This document shows positions 43,248 to 53,779 of a stretch of 64,000 nucleotides of DNA, in pieces (positions within the stretch are counted from its first letter, which is position 1; every line of letters begins with the position of its first letter). The notes beneath the pieces were generated by a model. That model did no database searches. It was given only the letters and a program-made list of their open reading frames with translations, and was not told the origin of the DNA. The stretch is from contig CAWFAK010000009.1 in the NCBI GenBank assembly GCA_963813715.1, positions 256,001 to 320,000 of the forward strand, read 5' to 3'. Source of the DNA: an uncultured Planctomycetaceae bacterium (GTDB lineage Bacteria; Planctomycetota; Planctomycetia; Planctomycetales; Planctomycetaceae). A program made the translations under genes and the position numbers.

Positions 43248-44718
43248 ATGGACCGACAAGCGATCGCCCGACTGCTGGTCGTCGACGACGAGCCGAACGT
43301 GCAGTACTCCCTGAAGAAGAGCCTCCAGTCGGACTGGCTGCAAGTCGTTACCGCGTCTACCGGCGGAGAGGGGATCGATCTGGTGCGTAACCAGCACCCA
43401 GACGCTGTGATCCTTGACGTTCGCCTGCCCGACATGTCGGGCCTCGACGCTTTCGACGAAATTCGACGGATCGATTCGCGGCTGCCGGTCATCATTCTCA
43501 CCGCCTACGGCACCACCGAGACGGCCATCGAGGCCATGAAGCGGGGCGCCTTCGAGTATCTGCTCAAGCCGGCCGATTTTCGCCAGCTACGCTCGCTGGT
43601 GGGCAAGGCGGTCGAGATCAGCCATTTGCGGCGCGTGCCGGCCGTGATTGCCGAAGACGATCCGGCCAACGACGACAGCGTCGACCGCATCATCGGCGAG
43701 ACGCCGGCGATGCGCGAGGTCTATAAGGCCATCGGCCGGGTCGCTCCCCTCGACGTGCCGGTGTTGATCCAAGGCGAGAGCGGCACGGGCAAGGAGCTGG
43801 TGGCCCGCGCGATCTACCAGCACAGTCGGCGCGGAGAAGCCGTTTCTGGCGATCAATTGTGCCGCAATTCCGGAAGGCATCCTCGAAAGCGAGTTATTCG
43901 GCCACGAGAAGGGCGCTTTCACCGGAGCCGACCGTCGCCGCGTTGGCAAGTTCGAGCAGGCTGACCAGGGGACGCTCTTCCTCGACGAAATCGGCGACAT
44001 GGCGCTGGGCACGCAGCCCAAGCTGCTGCGGCTGCTGCAAGAGCAGAAATTCGAGCGCCTGGGCGGTGACGAGACGGTCCGCACCGACGTGCGCGTGCTC
44101 GCGGCGACCAACCAGAATCTCGAGGACAAGGCCATCGCCGGACGCTTTCGCGAGGATTTGCTCTACCGTCTGAAGGTCTTCACGATTCGGGTTCCACCGC
44201 TCCGCGAGCGCCGTGAAGACCTTCCTCGGTTCGTCGCGCACTTCTTGAAGGTGCTGTGCCGCCGTTTGGGGAAGCGCGTCACCTCAATCGCCCCTGATGC
44301 ACTACGGCGGTTAGAAGAGTACGCTTGGCCCGGGAATGTCCGCGAACTTCAGAGCGCCATTCGCCACGCCTACGTTCAGTCGGCCGGGGAAGTGATTACC
44401 GCGGATTGCCTGCCGGAACATCTGCGGGGCGATGCCCCGGCCCGCTCGCCCAAACCCGAGTCGGATCCGCAACTGGTCGAGCTGACCGAACTGGTCTCGG
44501 CCTTGCTGCGCGGGGGCGAGCCGGACATTTACGATAAAGTCGCCGCCGTGGTCGACCGCGTGGTTCTGGAAGCGGTCCTGCGTCACGTCAAAGGAAGCCA
44601 GGCGCAGGCGAGCAAGCTCTTAGGCATCTCCCGGACGACTCTTCGCTCAAAGTTGCTCGACCTTGGACTGATGATCGAAAAGAAAATCCTTTCCGATATC
44701 AGTCGGCCAGATGAATAG
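43248..44718 (+). CDS. NtrC-family sigma54-dependent response regulator (frameshift near 43835)
   Basis: [31 protein letters not shown] read in the shifted frame; [17 protein letters not shown]; Fis [11 protein letters not shown]. Confidence 0.92.
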
Positions 44719-44822
44719 GAACGAGGCGGCGCCACACGACCAATGCAACGCGGTTGAGGGTGGCTCGGATCTTCTCCTTTGCGTGGATGCGTGTGGCTCG
44801 GCTCCGCGTGGGATGAAAAAAA

Positions 44823-44896
<74 letters not shown>

Positions 44897-45106
44897 GACG
44901 GCTATCTTAGCGAGCAGTCTCCCCTTTTCACGCACCTTCACTGCCAACGCCGGCGATTCCGTGTTTCGTCGGCTGTTGCTGGCGTGCCGCGTCCGGCTTT
45001 CGTAGGCTGGAGACGTCCTGATTTCGTCTCCAAGCCGTCGCCGCTGCGGCCGACGCAGTCCCCGTCCCGGGCTCGCTCAGATCCCTTCCAGGAGTTGGCA
45101 CCTACC

Positions 45107-46426
45107 GTGATTCATTCGAGACGTGGCCTCGTATTCGGGTTCGCCCTGGCACTGACTTTTGCCGCCAGCTCCCTTCCGGCCACCCGGGCAGACATTCTGG
45201 TCGGGGCAGCCAAGCGGGTGATTACGCCCAATCCCCTGCTCCCGGTGTCGGGGGGGATCGGCCGGCCGCATCCGGTGCATGACAAGCGGGGCGACCTGAT
45301 GACGCGGGCCGTCGTCCTGCGGAAAGGCGACGTCACCGTCGGCATTGTCAGTGTCGACAATATTGGCTTTCCCAGCGTGCTGGGGGACCGGATCCGCGAA
45401 CGCGTGACCCGCATCCCGGCGAAGAACATTCTCATCGGCTCGACGCACACGCACAGTGCGCCCGATTGCTACGGTTTCCCCGACGGTAATGGAGGCCACA
45501 CCGGCGACCTGCACTACATGGAGTTCGTTTGCGACAAGGCGACCGAGGCCCTCAACGAAGCCCTCGATCACCTCATTCCGTGCCACCTCAAGATCGCCAC
45601 GGGCGAAGCCAAGGGAAAGATCGCCTACAACTACTACGCCCCGCAGCTTTACGACAAACGCATGAGCGTGATCCAGGCCCAGTCGGCCGCCGACGGCAAG
45701 AACCTCGTCACGCTGGTCAACTATGCGATCCACCCAGAGGTGCTGGGCAACGAGGTCGGCTTCTGTAGTCCCGACCTGGTCGGCCCGTTGTGCGACAAGC
45801 TCGAAGCCGACGCGGGCGGCATGGCCATCTTCATGAACGGGGCGCAGGGGGGCATGATCACGGCCGACAATCGGCTGCTCGACAAGCCGCGGAGCCTGAT
45901 CGAGGGAGTTTGGAACGACGCCCGCACTTGGGACGAATGCCTGCGGATCGGTCACTTGATGGCCGACGAGGCCCAGCGGATCGTCAAGAACGCGACCGTG
46001 CAGGATAATCCTCAACTGGTGTGCGACTCGCTCAACGTCGAGTTTCCCATCGACAACCCACTGATGTGGGCGATCACGGTCGGCTCGCCGCTCAAGTATC
46101 CGCACAACGACGCCAACCACAGCGTCACCTGCCGTCTCAACCTGATCAATCTGGGGAACGCGCAGATCGCCACGATTCCCGGCGAGGCGCTGCCGAACAT
46201 CGGCTTCTATCTCAAGCGAAAAATGAAGGGGGAGAACAACCTGCTGTTTGGGCTCACCAACGACGCCTTCGGGTACATCCTGACCCGGGTCGATTTTCAC
46301 AGCTTCCCGCGGTACGACTATGTGTCGCGGACGTCGCTGGGTGAGAACACGGGCGAGATCCTGATCGACAACATTCTGAAACTCGTCGCCAAGAACGCCC
46401 CGCCCGAACACCTGGCAACCAAGTAG
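45107..46426 (+). CDS. Exported neutral/alkaline ceramidase-like hydrolase
   Basis: Signal peptide; GSTHTHSAP; NYAIHP; NGAQG; IPGE. Confidence 0.7.
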   Translation: MIHSRRGLVFGFALALTFAASSLPATRADILVGAAKRVITPNPLLPVSGGIGRPHPVHDKRGDLMTRAVVLRKGDVTVGIVSVDNIGFPSVLGDRIRERVTRIPAKNILIGSTHTHSAPDCYGFPDGNGGHTGDLHYMEFVCDKATEALNEALDHLIPCHLKIATGEAKGKIAYNYYAPQLYDKRMSVIQAQSAADGKNLVTLVNYAIHPEVLGNEVGFCSPDLVGPLCDKLEADAGGMAIFMNGAQGGMITADNRLLDKPRSLIEGVWNDARTWDECLRIGHLMADEAQRIVKNATVQDNPQLVCDSLNVEFPIDNPLMWAITVGSPLKYPHNDANHSVTCRLNLINLGNAQIATIPGEALPNIGFYLKRKMKGENNLLFGLTNDAFGYILTRVDFHSFPRYDYVSRTSLGENTGEILIDNILKLVAKNAPPEHLATK

Positions 46427-46475
46427 TCCGATCAATCGCGCACTTCCCGACCAACCCATCAACGAAAGATCTCCC

Positions 46476-47363
46476 ATGCCCCTCGAAAATGGCAAACAGC
46501 GAAAGACGGGGCTGATTACCGGCTCCGCCAGCGGTTTGGGACGCGCGATCGCGCTGCGGCTGGCACGCGACGGTTGGAACCTGTGCCTGGCCGACGTCAA
46601 CGATACGGCCAACGAAGAGACGCTGCGGCTCGTCCGCCAGGCGGGGGGCGACGGTTTCGTCGAGCATCTCGACGTCCGCAGCATCGAAGAATGGCGGGCC
46701 CTGCACGAGCGACTGCAGGCTCGCTGGCCGCAGCTCGACCTGCTGGTCAATAACGCCGGGGTCGCCGGGTCGGGCCGGGTCGGCGACTACTCGATCGAAA
46801 ATTGGCATTGGATCGTCGACATCAACCTGTGGAACGGCATCAACGGTTGCCACACCTTCGTCGAATGGCTTAAGGCCAATCCTCGCGGGGCGCATATCAT
46901 CAATACGTGCTCGTTGGCGGCGATCGCATCGGCCCCGACCATGGGGGCCTACAATGTCACCAAGGCGGGCATGCTGGCCCTGTCCGAGACCTTGTATGGC
47001 GAGCTGTTGCCGCACAATGTGGGCGTGACCGCCGTTTGCCCATCGGTCTTTCGCACGAACTTGCTGGACAAATCCCGCTGGTGCCAGCCGGAAGAGCGAA
47101 AACTCTTTCAGAAGGGGTTTGCCACTGCCAAGATGACGGCGGACTACGTGGCCGACGCGGCGATCCGAGCGATGGAGCGCAAACAGCTCTACGTCATGGT
47201 CCCGTTCGAGGCCCGTTTCAACTGGTATCTCAAACGGCTGAATCCGCAGTGGTTCCTGCGAAAAGTCGCCCGGATGTTCGAGGGCCAGCTCAAGGCGGCG
47301 GGAGGATTTGAACCCGCGGCTACAGAGCGTGTGCCCGAGTCGGTGGGAGCCGGCGACAAGTAG
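46476..47363 (+). CDS. SDR family oxidoreductase
   Basis: ITGSASGLG; VNNAG; YNVTK. Confidence 0.92.
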   Translation: MPLENGKQRKTGLITGSASGLGRAIALRLARDGWNLCLADVNDTANEETLRLVRQAGGDGFVEHLDVRSIEEWRALHERLQARWPQLDLLVNNAGVAGSGRVGDYSIENWHWIVDINLWNGINGCHTFVEWLKANPRGAHIINTCSLAAIASAPTMGAYNVTKAGMLALSETLYGELLPHNVGVTAVCPSVFRTNLLDKSRWCQPEERKLFQKGFATAKMTADYVADAAIRAMERKQLYVMVPFEARFNWYLKRLNPQWFLRKVARMFEGQLKAAGGFEPAATERVPESVGAGDK

Positions 47364-47498
47364 GCCAAATCGCCTCAGCTTGAAAGCAGCGGTGGCGCCT
47401 GTTATTTTCCGGCTAGTGCTGTTCGGTCGCGGCGAGTCTCGACGCTTTCTCCGAGACGCTTTGCCGCGAGTTCGCTTATCGATCGTGATCAACGCTCT

Positions 47499-49555
47499 AT
47501 GAACGCCGATCCGTTGCGTGCCGGCTCTGGCGGCGAAGACGACTCCTGGGAAACCCTGGCCGAAGATTTGTTCGGCATCGATCTGGGAAAGTCGGCAGCC
47601 GACGCCCAGATTTCCTCCGAAGACCTGCTGCTGGACGAACCGTCGCCGACGCCGGCGGCGGAACCCAAACCGGCAACCCCGGCAGCCGAATCGTCCCGCC
47701 CGGTCAGTGCGGGCGGAGAACGCCAGGGCGGCGAGCCGCGTCGAGAGTCGGGACGCCCGGAGCGCGGTCGATCCGAATCACCGCGCGGGGAGCGCGGTCC
47801 ATCCCGTCCGCCACACAAAAAGCGCACTCCGCCTCCGGCTGCCGACGACTTTGGAGCCGACCTCGATCTGGAAGCCCCGTTCGGCGCCCCACGCGATCCC
47901 GAACCGGTCGGTGAAGCCGCGTCCGACGAGTTCGACCATGACGAGCCCGAAGAGACGCCGCACCGTCGCGAAGAACATGGGCGTGAAGCACAGGGCCATG
48001 AGGAACGGGGCCGCGAGAAACCCGAGCGCGGGGAACGCGGCCACCAAGAGACGTCGGGCGGCGAGTCGGACGAGTCCTCCGGCGAGGCGCCGGCCTCTGA
48101 CGAGGAGGACGCGTATTGGGATCCCCTGAAGAACTGGCAATGGAGTGAAGAGCACCCGGAATCGTCGCACGATCGCGGTGAGCGCCGCGATCAGGGTGGC
48201 CGTCGCGGTGGCGGCGGACGCAGCGGGGGCGGTCGCGGCGGCAGCGGTGGACGCAGCGGCGCCGGTCGAGGGGGCGGGGGCGGGCGTGGTGAACGCGGAC
48301 CTGGTCGACGCGACTCGGGCGGTCGTCGCCACGAACGGGGCGAACGCTCTCGCGGCGGTGAATCTCGCTCGGAAGGCTCGCGACAGGAGCGGCCCGCCGA
48401 CGAAGGAGCCCGTGAGGAACGGCCGCCACGCCCGGCGCACGGACAACGCCCCGAAGGGGGCGGTCGATCCGAAGGGGGCCCTCGCACGGAGGGCGGGCAT
48501 CGCTCCGAAGGACGTCGCGGCGAACGGCCGCGATCGGAAGGCTCGCGCGGCGAAGGCCGCCCGGCCGAGCGCGGACCACAAAGGTCGGGCCGCGCCGAGT
48601 CACCGCGGTCGGCTCCGCCGGCCTCGGATACGGGTGATGACTTTGGTGCCGGTCTGCTCGAGGCCGACAGCGGTGCCGAACGACCCGGACACGAGCGATC
48701 GGGTGGAGAACGATCGGGCGGCACGCGCTCCGACGCGGGACGCGCCTCGCGCGACTTTGCCGAGGATCGCGGCGAACAGCGGCGAGAGTCGGCGGGCGAA
48801 CGTCCACAGGACGAGTGGGGCGAATCAGACGCGGCCGAACGCGACGAAGTCGAGGAGATCGACGAGGGCGGAGAGGCCGCGGGCGATGCCGAGCAACCCA
48901 GGGAAGGCGGCGCCCGGCCGCCCCGGCGCAGGCGCCGGCGGCGACGTTCGCGCTCGCGACGTGAAAAACCCGCAGGACCGATGGATCGGGAGAGGCTTGT
49001 GAGCGACGAAGGACCGCGCGAAGAATCGGAGCCCGAGCTGTTCGAAGAGGAGGACACGGAAGTCGTGTCCGAAGACCTCTCCGAATTTGGCGACGAGTCC
49101 GCACTCGATGAACCCGCACTCGACGAGGGGGCAATTGAAGAGCGGGACGAAGCCGGCGCCGAAGGTGAATCCGAAGACGCAGAGGGCGCCCGCGCCGTCG
49201 CCGACGACGTCGACGCCGCGGCCGTCGTGGATCGGGCGACCGCAGTGGCCCGCGCGAAGAGCGAGCGCCCGGTCGACCGAGCGTCGCCGGCGCCCCCGAG
49301 CCGCCCGACCTCTCCGACGAGCCAGATGACGACGACGAGGACGATGAAGACCTGGATGAAGACTCGGGCGACCTGACCGGCGAATCCGAGCTGACCGCCG
49401 AAGACGAAGAGGGGGACGAAAACGCCCCGCGGGTCTATCGCAACGTGCCGACGTGGGAAGAGGCCATCTCATTCCTCGTTCATAAGCGCCCCGAGGGCCG
49501 CCGTGACGAGGGCGGCCCCCGCGAACCACGCCGCGATGGCGGCCGGCCGCGGTAG
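47499..49555 (+). CDS. Large low-complexity, probably disordered protein (frameshift near 49190)
   Basis: N-terminal DSWETLAEDLFG; RGG/Gly-rich, poly-Arg and acidic blocks; C-terminal YRNVPTWEEAISFLV; stop TAG 49553-49555. Confidence 0.7.
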
Positions 49556-49615
49556 TTGCGCGTTCGGACTCCAATCACCCGGCGATTCCAATCATTTGAT
49601 AGGGCCTGAGCTCCC

Positions 49616-50906
49616 ATGGAATCGCCGACGCTGCTCCGCACGTGCCGCCTGGTGACCTTGGGCTGCAAGGTCAACCAGTACGAGACACAGCTCGTGAAGG
49701 AGGCCCTCACGCGCCACGGCTACCGCGAGGCCCAAGAGGACGAAACGGCCGACTTGTGCGTCGTCAACACGTGCACGGTCACCGGCACTGGGGACTCCAA
49801 GTCGCGGCAGGTCGTACGGCAACTGGCCCGGCACAATCCCGGCACGCGGACCATCGTGATGGGTTGCTATGCCACCCGCGATCCGCAGGCAGTCGCAAAC
49901 TTGCCCGGCGTCTTCGAGGTGGTCCGCGACAAGCGCGAGCTGCCCGACGTGCTCGGCCGACTGGGTATCGTCGACATGCCCCGCGGCATCAGCCAGTTCG
50001 AGGGCCGCAAACGCGCCTACGTCAAAGTCCAGGATGGCTGCATCCTCAAGTGCACCTACTGCATCATTCCGCACGTCCGGCCGGGGCTTGCCAGCCGCTC
50101 GCCCGACGACATCGAGGACGAGGTCCGGCGGCTCGTCGGCAACGGCTACCGCGAAATCGTGATCTGCGGCATCCATGTCGGCCACTACGGCGTCGACTCG
50201 ACGCGCGGCCGCTCGGGCCGGGCTCCGTTTCGTCTCTGGCACTTGTTTCGCCGCCTCGATCGCATCCCCGGCAATTGGCGGATGCGGCTGTCGAGCGTGG
50301 AAGCGGCCGAAATTAATGACGACTTCATCTCCGCCGCGGCCGACTGCGAGCACCTCTGCCCCCAGTTTCACCCGGCCCTGCAGAGCGGCTCGGATAGCGT
50401 GCTGCGGCGAATGCGGCGGCGGTACTCAATCGCCCGCTTCCTGGAAAAGATCGCTCGCATGAAGGAGCGTCTCGATCGGCCGGCCTTCACCACCGACATG
50501 ATCGTCGGCTTTCCGGGCGAGACGGAGGCCGACTTCGAGCTTTCGGCCGAGGCCTGCCGCCACGTCGGCTTCGTCAAAGTACACGTCTTTCCGTTTAGCG
50601 CCCGTGCCGGCACCAAAGCCGCCGCGTTTGCCGACGCGCTCCCTCCGGCCGTGATTCGCGAGCGGGTGTCGCGTCTGAGCGAACTCGAGCGCGAGCTGGC
50701 CGAGGAGTACTACCGAACGCTTCGAAAACGAGCGGGTGGAAGTGCTGGTCGAACAAGGCGTGCCGGCACGCCCCGGTTATGTCCGGGGGACGGATCGCCG
50801 CTACGTCCCCGTTGAGCTGCCGGGCGACGCGAACGATCTGGGGCGATTCGTGACCGCCGTCGGACAGAGCGCGTCGCGAGATTGTTTGTTTGCCATCCGG
50901 GCCTGA
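49616..50906 (+). CDS. mtaB: tRNA t6A37 methylthiotransferase (frameshift near 50725)
   Basis: TLGCKVNQYE; NTCTVT; KVQDGCILKCTYC; IVGFPGET; HVFPFS.R.GT.A. Confidence 0.92.
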
Positions 50907-50972
50907 ACGGCGCCGGGCTTTCTTTTTCATTCGAACCTTGTCTTCGGGCCTCAACATTCAGGCTGTAATCGC

Positions 50973-51647
50973 GTGGGTTATCTCGTCGCCATCGAAGGAA
51001 TCGACGGATCCGGCAAAGGGACACAAGCCCAGCGACTGCTGACTCATCTGCAGGCCGCTGGACGCCGGGGGACCCTGCTCTCGTTCCCCCGTTATGACGC
51101 CACGTTCTTCGGCCGGGCGGTCGGCGAATACTTGAACGGGGCCTTCGGGTCGCTCGGACAAGTGCATCCGTTCTTTGCGTCGCTCTTGTTCGCCGGCGAC
51201 CGATTCGAGTCGCGGAACATGTTGTGCGCGGCTGTCGCTGAGCAGGATGTCGTCGTGCTCGATCGGTACGTGGCCTCGAACATCGCCCACCAGGCCGCTC
51301 GGCTCGACGGAGACGCGCGCCAGCGGCTGATCGAGGCGATCGAGTACCTGGAGTTCGAGGTCTACCGGCTGCCGCGGCCCGACCTGGTTGTGTTGCTCGA
51401 CTTGAGCGTGCCCGCTGCGCAGCGGCTGATCGCCACGAAGCCGCGCCGCACGTACACCGAGCGCTCGGCCGACATCCAAGAGGCCGACGGCAATTACCTG
51501 GCGGGCGTTCGCGAGTTGTACCTGGAGCTGGCCGGCCGCGACCCGGAGTGGTCAGTGATTGCGTGCGAACGCCAAGGTGCGGTGCGGTCCGTCGAAGACA
51601 TCGCGCACGAAATCGCCCAACGTGTGGAACGGCAACTCACCACGTAG
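50973..51647 (+). CDS. tmk: Thymidylate kinase
   Basis: IEGIDGSGKGTQ; FPRY; LDRYVAS..AHQ; PDL. Confidence 0.92.
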   Translation: MGYLVAIEGIDGSGKGTQAQRLLTHLQAAGRRGTLLSFPRYDATFFGRAVGEYLNGAFGSLGQVHPFFASLLFAGDRFESRNMLCAAVAEQDVVVLDRYVASNIAHQAARLDGDARQRLIEAIEYLEFEVYRLPRPDLVVLLDLSVPAAQRLIATKPRRTYTERSADIQEADGNYLAGVRELYLELAGRDPEWSVIACERQGAVRSVEDIAHEIAQRVERQLTT

Positions 51648-51662
51648 GAAAAGGCCGCGGGC

Positions 51663-53042
51663 CTACGAGACTGGCCGTACCGCGCCGGTCGTGGCCGGGG
51701 TGGTCGTGTTTGTCGCGACACTGCTCCCAGTCACGTTGCTGCCTGCCAGGCTGTTCGCGGCCGTCGTCCCCAAGTTTTCCACCCGCAGCTTGAGGATGCG
51801 GCGTTTGTCGGCTTCGAGCACGGTCACGCGGAGTTGCTTCCAGGCCACCGTTTCGCGGCGCTTGGGAATGCGGCCGAGCTGGGCGTAGACGAAGCCGCCG
51901 ACCGTGTCGTAGTCCTCGTCGTCGGGCAAGTCGAACTGAAATTGCTCGTCGAGGTCGTCGATCCGCACCCACGGTTCCACGTCGACGGCGTTCGGTCCAA
52001 TCTGGCGGATGCCCGTGTCGTCGGCCGTGTCGTATTCGTCGACGATCTCGCCCACGATTTCCTCGAGCACGTCTTCCATCGTCACCAGGCCGGCCACGCC
52101 GCTGTATTCGTCGATCACGATGGCGATGTGCACGCCGCGGCGTTTCATGCTCTCGAGCAGCTTGTCGATGCCGATCGTTTCGGGAACGTAGAACGGCTCG
52201 CGGACGACGTCCTTGAGCGAGAGGCTCTGATCGCCGTTCTCGGCCGACATGTGCCGCAGCAGCTCCTTCGCGTAGAGGATGCCGACAATGTCGTCTGGCG
52301 ACGCGCCGATGACGGGCATCCGAGAGTGGCCGCCGGCGACCATCAACAGCCGGGCTTCCTCGAGCGTGGCGGTCGCCGGGACGCACTCCATTTCAGTCCG
52401 CGTCGTCATCACGGCGGCGACGTCTTCCTGTTGCGCGGCGATCACGCGTTCGATCATCCGCCGCGCCTGCGGAGCCAGAATTCCCTCGCGCTGCCCCAGG
52501 TCGACGACGCTTTCGACCTCGCGCAACAGCGATTCGTTGGTGTGACCGGACGGCTCCTTGAGGCCCCACAGACGGTGCATGAAGGAGTCGATTCGTCGCA
52601 CGGCAGCCACGACCAGCCGCATGCCGTTGAGCACCAGCTCCAGCATCGGCCAGCAGTCGGCCAGAAACCGCTCCCCCGTGACGCGGGCCAGGCTCCAGGG
52701 GAGCACGAAGAGCCCGAACACGAAGACGGCCGCCAAGAGAATCGGCTCCATGACGACGGCGAGCCAGTCGCGAAACGTATTGAGGTGCGTGAGATCAGCG
52801 GCGAACCGATCACCGGCGAGAGCGGCCAAGGCGGCAACGGCCAGCAGCGTCAGGATCCGCCAGGCGATCAGTCCGTCGGTCGATCGCCGCAGAATGATGC
52901 CGAATCGGTCGGGGTCTCCCAGTCGGCGGCACGCGTCGTCAAGCCGGCTGCGAGAAAAGCTGCGAAGCGCCTCGCAGGCGAACGAGCCGATCAGGGCGAT
53001 GATCACCAGCACGACAACGGCCGCAGCCTGCACCCAGGTCAC
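51663..53042 (-). CDS. Hemolysin/CorC family protein (CNNM-CBS-CorC)
   Basis: TM region; CBS pair HSRMPV, VIDEYSGVAGLVTMEDVLEEIVGEI.DE.D; C-terminal YDTVGG. Confidence 0.9.
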   Translation of the reverse strand: MTWVQAAAVVVLVIIALIGSFACEALRSFSRSRLDDACRRLGDPDRFGIILRRSTDGLIAWRILTLLAVAALAALAGDRFAADLTHLNTFRDWLAVVMEPILLAAVFVFGLFVLPWSLARVTGERFLADCWPMLELVLNGMRLVVAAVRRIDSFMHRLWGLKEPSGHTNESLLREVESVVDLGQREGILAPQARRMIERVIAAQQEDVAAVMTTRTEMECVPATATLEEARLLMVAGGHSRMPVIGASPDDIVGILYAKELLRHMSAENGDQSLSLKDVVREPFYVPETIGIDKLLESMKRRGVHIAIVIDEYSGVAGLVTMEDVLEEIVGEIVDEYDTADDTGIRQIGPNAVDVEPWVRIDDLDEQFQFDLPDDEDYDTVGGFVYAQLGRIPKRRETVAWKQLRVTVLEADKRRILKLRVENLGTTAANSLAGSNVTGSSVATNTTTPATTGAVRPVS

Positions 53043-53779
53043 GACGGGCTCCCGTTTTTGGCGGACCGAGCACGGCCCTTCACGGCCGTTGCCGGTCGCT
53101 GGCCTCGGCCCGAGCGTGGCCGCGCGACGATTTTCAGCTGGGCCAAGATCGCGCGTTCACGCTGCCTCATCAGGCGACGCTCCGTCGGCGATAGGTCGTC
53201 ATAACCGCAGAGGTGGAGCAAACCGTGCACCAAGTAAAGCGTCAGTTCCTCGCGGGCACTCCAACCGAAACGAGCGGCCATTTGGACCGCCATCTCCGCG
53301 CTCACGAGCACTTCGCCGTCGATGCAGCGGCCCGCGCCGCGAGGCTCGCCAACTTCGCTCGCGTCCCGCTTCTTCGGCTGCCGGCTCGGCGTCACGGGCG
53401 AGGATTCGAACAGGAAGCTGAGAACATCCGTGTCGTAGTCGTGCCCCAAGAAATCCCGATTGACGCGGCGGACCGTGGCGTCGTCGGCTAGCGCCACGCT
53501 GATTTGCGCGGCTGCGATACGCTCGGCGGCCAGCACCGTCCGCGTCACCTTGCGGACATAGGCTGTGTCGACGCGCACATGGGCCTGCCGGGCGCTGATG
53601 TCCAACGTGTAGGCCGCGCTCCTGCGTCGGGGCCGCGCTTCGCGACCGAGTCCGTGATCCGGTTCCGGGCCGGCTTCGGCCGGAGGCGGCGGCGCGGCGC
53701 CGGGGCGACGGCGGGTCCGCGCTCGGCGGCGTCCGGGCGCTCGCTTGGCGGTCCGCGGGAACGGCAGCCTGCGCGTCAT
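53039..53779 (-). CDS. ybeY: rRNA maturation endoribonuclease YbeY
   Basis: NRDFLGHDYDTDVLSF; HGLLHLCGYDD; ATGA overlap with the upstream gene. Confidence 0.9.
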   Translation of the reverse strand: MTRRLPFPRTAKRAPGRRRARTRRRPGAAPPPPAEAGPEPDHGLGREARPRRRSAAYTLDISARQAHVRVDTAYVRKVTRTVLAAERIAAAQISVALADDATVRRVNRDFLGHDYDTDVLSFLFESSPVTPSRQPKKRDASEVGEPRGAGRCIDGEVLVSAEMAVQMAARFGWSAREELTLYLVHGLLHLCGYDDLSPTERRLMRQRERAILAQLKIVARPRSGRGQRPATAVKGRARSAKNGSPS

